64,000 nt of DNA from an uncultured virus (IMG/VR IMGVR_UViG_3300028588_000802) (lineage: Duplodnaviria > Heunggongvirae > Uroviricota > Caudoviricetes): IMG/VR virus record IMGVR_UViG_3300028588_000802. One strand, 5' to 3'. This document shows, piece after piece, positions 59,655 through 64,000 of this stretch (position 1 is the stretch's first letter; each line of letters opens with the position of its first letter). Below the pieces are notes generated by a model. It saw only the letters and a program-made list of their open reading frames with translations. It searched no databases and was not told the origin of the DNA. The translations under genes were made by a program, and so were the position numbers.

Positions 59655-61415
59655 TTAGTGCGAAACTCTCGGGCGGAGCATTTGAGATTCTGGGATGCGC
59701 AGTGACGTTTGGCGCTTTTCTACGAAGGCCTCGAAAGCGGAAGGCGCCAAAGGCACGCTGATGCAATAGCCCTGAATTTCGTCACAGGCGGTACTGCGCA
59801 GGAAGCTCAGGTGTTCCTCGGTCTCGACTCCTTCAGCAACGACCGTCAGGTTCAGCGAGTGGGCCAGGTTGATAATGGCTGTTGCCAGCTGCTCCGGGTT
59901 GATAGTCGGTGACCGTTGCTTAAGGAACGAGCGGTCGAGCTTCAAGCAGTCCAGGGGGAACAGGCTGAGGTAGGAGAGGGATGAGTACCCTGTGCCGAAA
60001 TCGTCGACCGCCAGGTGTACGCCGAGCTTCCTGAGTTCCGACAGGACTCCCACGGCCAGCTCTGTATCGGTCATCAGTGCGGTCTCCGTCAATTCCAGCT
60101 CCAGCTGGTCCGCATCGAGGCCGCTTGCCCGGAGGGCGTCCTCCACTGTTTCCAGAAGACGTCTGCTCTGGAGCTGTCGAGCCGACACGTTGACCGATAC
60201 TCGGAACGGACGCTTGTGGAGCTCTGACCAAGTCTTGGCCTGACGGGTAGCCTCTCGAAGCACCCACGCGCCAATCTGCTCAATAAGCCCGGCCTCTTCG
60301 GCAAGAGGTACAAAGCTAGCAGGCGAGACGGCGCCCAGTTCCGGATGATTCCAGCGAAGCAACGCTTCCATGCCGGCGATTTCCATGGTGCGCAGGTCTA
60401 CACGGGGCTGGTAGTGAATCTTGAACTCGCCGTTGTCCAAAGCTTGGCGCAGGGCACTCAGTAGCAGCATCCGCGACTGGGATTGCAGGCTCATCTCCGC
60501 ATCGTAGAAACGAAGGTGCAGCCCCGACTCGCGGCTGAGCTTCGCGGAATAGAGCGCCGTGTTCGCGCACTTGAGCAGGACTTCGCACGAATCACCATCT
60601 TGAGGAAACAAGCTGATGCCCATGGACGCAGTGATACCAATTTCGCGACCGCGAACAAGCATAGGCTGAGATAGCGCCTGTAGGACCTTCGAGGCAACTC
60701 GACTCGCGGAGGTGCGGCCGTTTCGGCATTCAGCGATGATGATGAATTCGTTACCTCCCAGGCGGGCAACTAAATCGTTCTCCCGGACAGTTGCGGCCAA
60801 GCGCTTTGCCACCTCTTGCAAGACGACGTCGCCGAATTCCATGCCCAGGCCTTCATTGATGGCCTTGAACCGGTCTAGGTCGAGAAACATGACGGCCTGC
60901 GCCATTTCGCCCCGCGGGTCGTTCAGCCGAAGTCGAAGCCGCTCCAAAACTGCTGTGCGCGTCGGGAGGCCCGTCAACGGGTCATACTTGGAGAAGTTCC
61001 TGAGGCGGGGAGTTTGGCGGTCAGAAACGTCAATGACGGCGCCGACGTAACCTTCCACCTGGCCCTGGCCGGTTAGCCGCGGTGCACCTGAGCTAACCAT
61101 CCAGCGCGTCGTTCCATCGGACTTGATGACCCGATACTCGACTTGATACTCTGTTCCCTGGGCGCGAGCATTTTCCAGCACCGCGCGTACATGCTTCACG
61201 TCGTCAGCGTGAATCACGCTCAACCAGTCGTCCAGACTGAGGGTCTCGATAGAATCGAGGCTTTCTCGTGCCCCTGGATTCAGGTAGATGTATGTCCCGG
61301 CCGCGTTCATCTCCCAAACAATCATCGAAGCGGTGTCTGCGAGGTTACGCAATGCACATTCACGTGAAACGTCGGGCGGATTAGTTTCTGTTGATTCTCG
61401 CAAGGTTTTTTCCAT
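59655..61415 (-). CDS. PAS-GGDEF-EAL protein (likely c-di-GMP phosphodiesterase)
   Basis: PAS domain, DLDRFK, degenerate GGNEF, intact EAL, DDFGTGYSSL, EGVE. Confidence 0.9.
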   Translation of the reverse strand: MEKTLRESTETNPPDVSRECALRNLADTASMIVWEMNAAGTYIYLNPGARESLDSIETLSLDDWLSVIHADDVKHVRAVLENARAQGTEYQVEYRVIKSDGTTRWMVSSGAPRLTGQGQVEGYVGAVIDVSDRQTPRLRNFSKYDPLTGLPTRTAVLERLRLRLNDPRGEMAQAVMFLDLDRFKAINEGLGMEFGDVVLQEVAKRLAATVRENDLVARLGGNEFIIIAECRNGRTSASRVASKVLQALSQPMLVRGREIGITASMGISLFPQDGDSCEVLLKCANTALYSAKLSRESGLHLRFYDAEMSLQSQSRMLLLSALRQALDNGEFKIHYQPRVDLRTMEIAGMEALLRWNHPELGAVSPASFVPLAEEAGLIEQIGAWVLREATRQAKTWSELHKRPFRVSVNVSARQLQSRRLLETVEDALRASGLDADQLELELTETALMTDTELAVGVLSELRKLGVHLAVDDFGTGYSSLSYLSLFPLDCLKLDRSFLKQRSPTINPEQLATAIINLAHSLNLTVVAEGVETEEHLSFLRSTACDEIQGYCISVPLAPSAFEAFVEKRQTSLRIPESQMLRPRVSH

Positions 61416-61746
61416 CCGTGAGTAGCCATACGAAATGTTGCACGACCGTCAGACTGGGCCACTCTCCAGTTACTGGCGCTATATTGCGCGGAAATCCAGG
61501 TGTAATGACGTTAGGATTTTTCGCTGTTTACACGCTATTAAACCATAATGTCAAATTTCCTGCTTGCCGCATGTAACAACTCGTTACCTCTGAAACAGTA
61601 CCGGTAGTGCTTATTAGTCTACTTGTTGCTTGCGTACACATCAGCATTGGTGTTACTCTAAGGCAAGCCAGTCCCTGGCGAGATTTTTGTTCTTAAATTT
61701 GTAACCGTTATCGGTTGCCTCGTTCAGCTAGGCTTATTTCATCACT

Positions 61747-62700
61747 ATGCGCCATCCCCTTCCTACGCAACACCAAGAAGTCTATGCCGCGTTTATTTCA
61801 AAAATCGTGGACGATGCCGCTAACCGGGAATTTACTCGTAGCTTGGTCGGGCGCCATGTAGTTACAATGCTTATGGAGCAACGGGCGGAGATGGCGAAGG
61901 CTCAAACTGAGGGAGAGCCTATTGATACGTTCAAGTACGTCGGCTCCTTCATTCTTGCACTTCACGACTACGTCAAATGGATGTCCGAAAAAGGCGAGGA
62001 GTTCCGCGCCAAGCTTGACGAAGAGTTCGCACGCCTTACCGAAGTCTGGGAGAACAAGGCTCGCCACTCCTGGATGACGGACCATGGCAGATTCCGATTG
62101 CAGAGGGCACTGGACTTGCAGCCGATGACCCGGCAACATTCCGCGCTGTTCCCGTTACGTACACGGGCGATGACGGCAACGCTAATTGCGGCTTACGACG
62201 CGCTTGCAACCGCATCGCCGGCGGAGAACTGGAAAATTGCGTTGGAGGCCTTTTTCGGCGCGTACAAGAACTACCGGTTCGACTTCGTTGCCCTCACAAA
62301 AACGGCAGGGCCGGCTTTCATCGCGCAGAATGGTCTCGTAACCGAGATGGTCCAGGACATTGATGAGCGTATCGCAGCTATCGAGCGAAAAGCCAGAGCG
62401 CAGGTAGCTGCGGAATTGGCGGCCGAGCGCGCCGCGGCGGAGGCTCAGGAAGACGAGGATGACACCGCGCAGGCGCCGCATTACGCAGGGGATTCGTACC
62501 CGGCAGGGCGCACGGCAGCTGTCCTGGATGAGCCGTTCGAGAGCTCCAACACTGCCTGGGAATTAGATTCGTCTTTCGAGTCCGTGGACAATAGCTATTG
62601 GACTTACGAGCAGGAGTACAACCCAGCGAACGGCCTGCCTATGGTCGGGGCGTATGATACCAACAACAATATGTACGGCACGAACTTCAACGATTTCTGA
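61747..62700 (+). CDS. hypothetical protein
   Basis: 317-aa ORF; acidic tail ending YNPANGLPMVGAYDTNNNMYG. Confidence 0.6.
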   Translation: MRHPLPTQHQEVYAAFISKIVDDAANREFTRSLVGRHVVTMLMEQRAEMAKAQTEGEPIDTFKYVGSFILALHDYVKWMSEKGEEFRAKLDEEFARLTEVWENKARHSWMTDHGRFRLQRALDLQPMTRQHSALFPLRTRAMTATLIAAYDALATASPAENWKIALEAFFGAYKNYRFDFVALTKTAGPAFIAQNGLVTEMVQDIDERIAAIERKARAQVAAELAAERAAAEAQEDEDDTAQAPHYAGDSYPAGRTAAVLDEPFESSNTAWELDSSFESVDNSYWTYEQEYNPANGLPMVGAYDTNNNMYGTNFNDF

Positions 62701-62839
62701 CCGCGGGGCCGCCGCCGGGGCTAGACCCTGGTTTGCGGCTCACGACGGCCGCCGCGCAATCGATACGTAAGCACTCCTCTCCGGAGAACTACTCCTGCAG
62801 AGCGAATTTGTTCCAGCTCCCTATACATGGTCTAGGCCA

Positions 62840-62985
62840 CAACAGCCTGCCGTCTGCGCCACCTCGGTGGTATGGCAAACGTTGGTTAAACCCCTCCCAA
62901 TTCGCAAACCCGCCTCGTAGGCACAAGGGTGAGCGGAGCAATGCAGACAGTTCCAAGGACATCATCATGACCATCGCCCTTGCGC
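62840..62985 (+). ncRNA. conserved structured leader RNA, copy D
   Basis: CAAC/GTTG stem, GCC/GGC, hairpin CCAC-CTCG-GTGG, long-range GTCTGC(62852-57)/GCAGAC(62943-48). Confidence 0.7.
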
Positions 62986-63002
62986 AAACAAGGAATAGAG
63001 AA

Positions 63003-63689
63003 ATGCACAACTCGCAACTGCAACTGAAGGACCTGTCGGAGAAGAACGCAAAGGCACTGGCAAGCTCGGTGACGAAGTTTTTGAAAGCTCATGGCATCGA
63101 GCTTCAACACACGAAGGCACTTGACCTGACTGGCACCCTCTGTGGATTCGGCAACTGGCAAGGCCTGCAGGCGGCCATCGTCAAGAAGGAAGAGGAGGAC
63201 GCGTCTAAGCCCATCATTATGAGCTACGACGAGTTCTTTGACACCTTCCGGCCTGTGAAAAACAAGCTGGACCCACATGCTCCGGCAGATGGGTATGGGT
63301 TTGAAACCTACGGCGCCGAGTGGGAAGCGGTTCAAGCTGCTCACGCTCGAGACCCCGGCACCGTCTGGACCGTCGTTGACGGCGAGGGCACTGCCTGGCT
63401 CTCCGAGGGGCTGCACTACGTGAACCGGGCGTTCTACTTCATCACCAGGAAGCCTGCGATTGCCGGCCGGGTCTACAACATCCCTTACGGGCATGAGGTA
63501 GGCGACCTGGCTTTTGAGATTTCGGTTATCAATCCGGACACGCAAGAGTCGGAAATTATCGACGTGCGCTATGGCGCTTCCGCTGAAGAGGTGCTGGCCG
63601 ATGCAAGTATCGACTACACCGAAGAAGTCGAAGGCGTTGTTGAAGAAGGCCAATCCCGAGTCATCATCGTAAAGCAGGTCGCACACTGA
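63003..63689 (+). CDS. Glyoxalase_8-like N-terminal domain protein, paralogue D
   Basis: AKALA...LKAHGIELQHTKALDL...GFGNWQGL; alternative in-frame ATG at 62967. Confidence 0.65.
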   Translation: MHNSQLQLKDLSEKNAKALASSVTKFLKAHGIELQHTKALDLTGTLCGFGNWQGLQAAIVKKEEEDASKPIIMSYDEFFDTFRPVKNKLDPHAPADGYGFETYGAEWEAVQAAHARDPGTVWTVVDGEGTAWLSEGLHYVNRAFYFITRKPAIAGRVYNIPYGHEVGDLAFEISVINPDTQESEIIDVRYGASAEEVLADASIDYTEEVEGVVEEGQSRVIIVKQVAH

Positions 63690-63699
63690 CCTTTCATTT

Positions 63700-63729
63700 G
63701 CCCTCAACTAACGTTGAGGGCTTTTTTTT
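63700..63729 (+). terminator. intrinsic terminator
   Basis: GCCCTCAAC-TAAC-GTTGAGGGC followed by T8. Confidence 0.85.
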
Positions 63730-63809
63730 GCCTTGCGGGCACCTTGGGAAGCCTTCACGGCGGCCGGTTCGCTATACCTCGTAGGACATCATCTTTTCGA
63801 GGTAAAACC

Positions 63810-64000
63810 ATGTGCACCACCTTCTTCTGCCCCAGCTGCCGTCGTCACAAAGACCTGTCAGCACGCAGCGACCGCAAGTCGAGCAACTCCTACGTTTGCA
63901 CGACATGCGAAGAGCGCATCAACAAGCTGACAAAGCCAAAAGTGCTCAAAACCCGTGATGGTCAGGAATTCACCATCAAAGGTCAGCACGTTCAGACTTC
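63810..64000 (+). CDS. zinc-ribbon protein (partial, runs off the window)
   Basis: MCTTFFCPSC...YVCTTC; motif at 63771-63791 and GAGG RBS. Confidence 0.55.
   Translation, partial: MCTTFFCPSCRRHKDLSARSDRKSSNSYVCTTCEERINKLTKPKVLKTRDGQEFTIKGQHVQT

Overview
This window looks like a segment of a large, GC-rich, probably betaproteobacterial megaplasmid or phage-plasmid. It contains the replicon: a RepA_C-type repA with about 18 iterons (TCCCTAAATCTGCG) and two DnaA boxes. It also carries HU, a 5'-3' exonuclease, trxB, and an NrtR-linked NAD/ADP-ribose cluster (Tpt1/KptA, Ham1-like, nicotinamidase, vWA-PP2C-kinase triad). Other recognisable genes are MYG1, an ADP-ribosylglycohydrolase, 2OG-Fe(II) oxygenases, an HD protein, SprT proteases and a PAS-GGDEF-EAL protein, among dozens of short phage-like hypothetical genes. 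Two non-coding signals stand out. (1) A ~110-nt pseudoknotted RNA motif with compensatory base changes occurs four times, each time in the 5' leader of a paralogue that has a Glyoxalase_8-like N-terminal domain and a variable C-terminus. (2) A promoter-like motif GCTAYAC-N5-AGGMCAACT lies just upstream of about 29 genes on both strands. Family assignments come from motif recognition by eye; no searches were run. No tRNA, rRNA, CRISPR array, transposase or virion gene was recognised.
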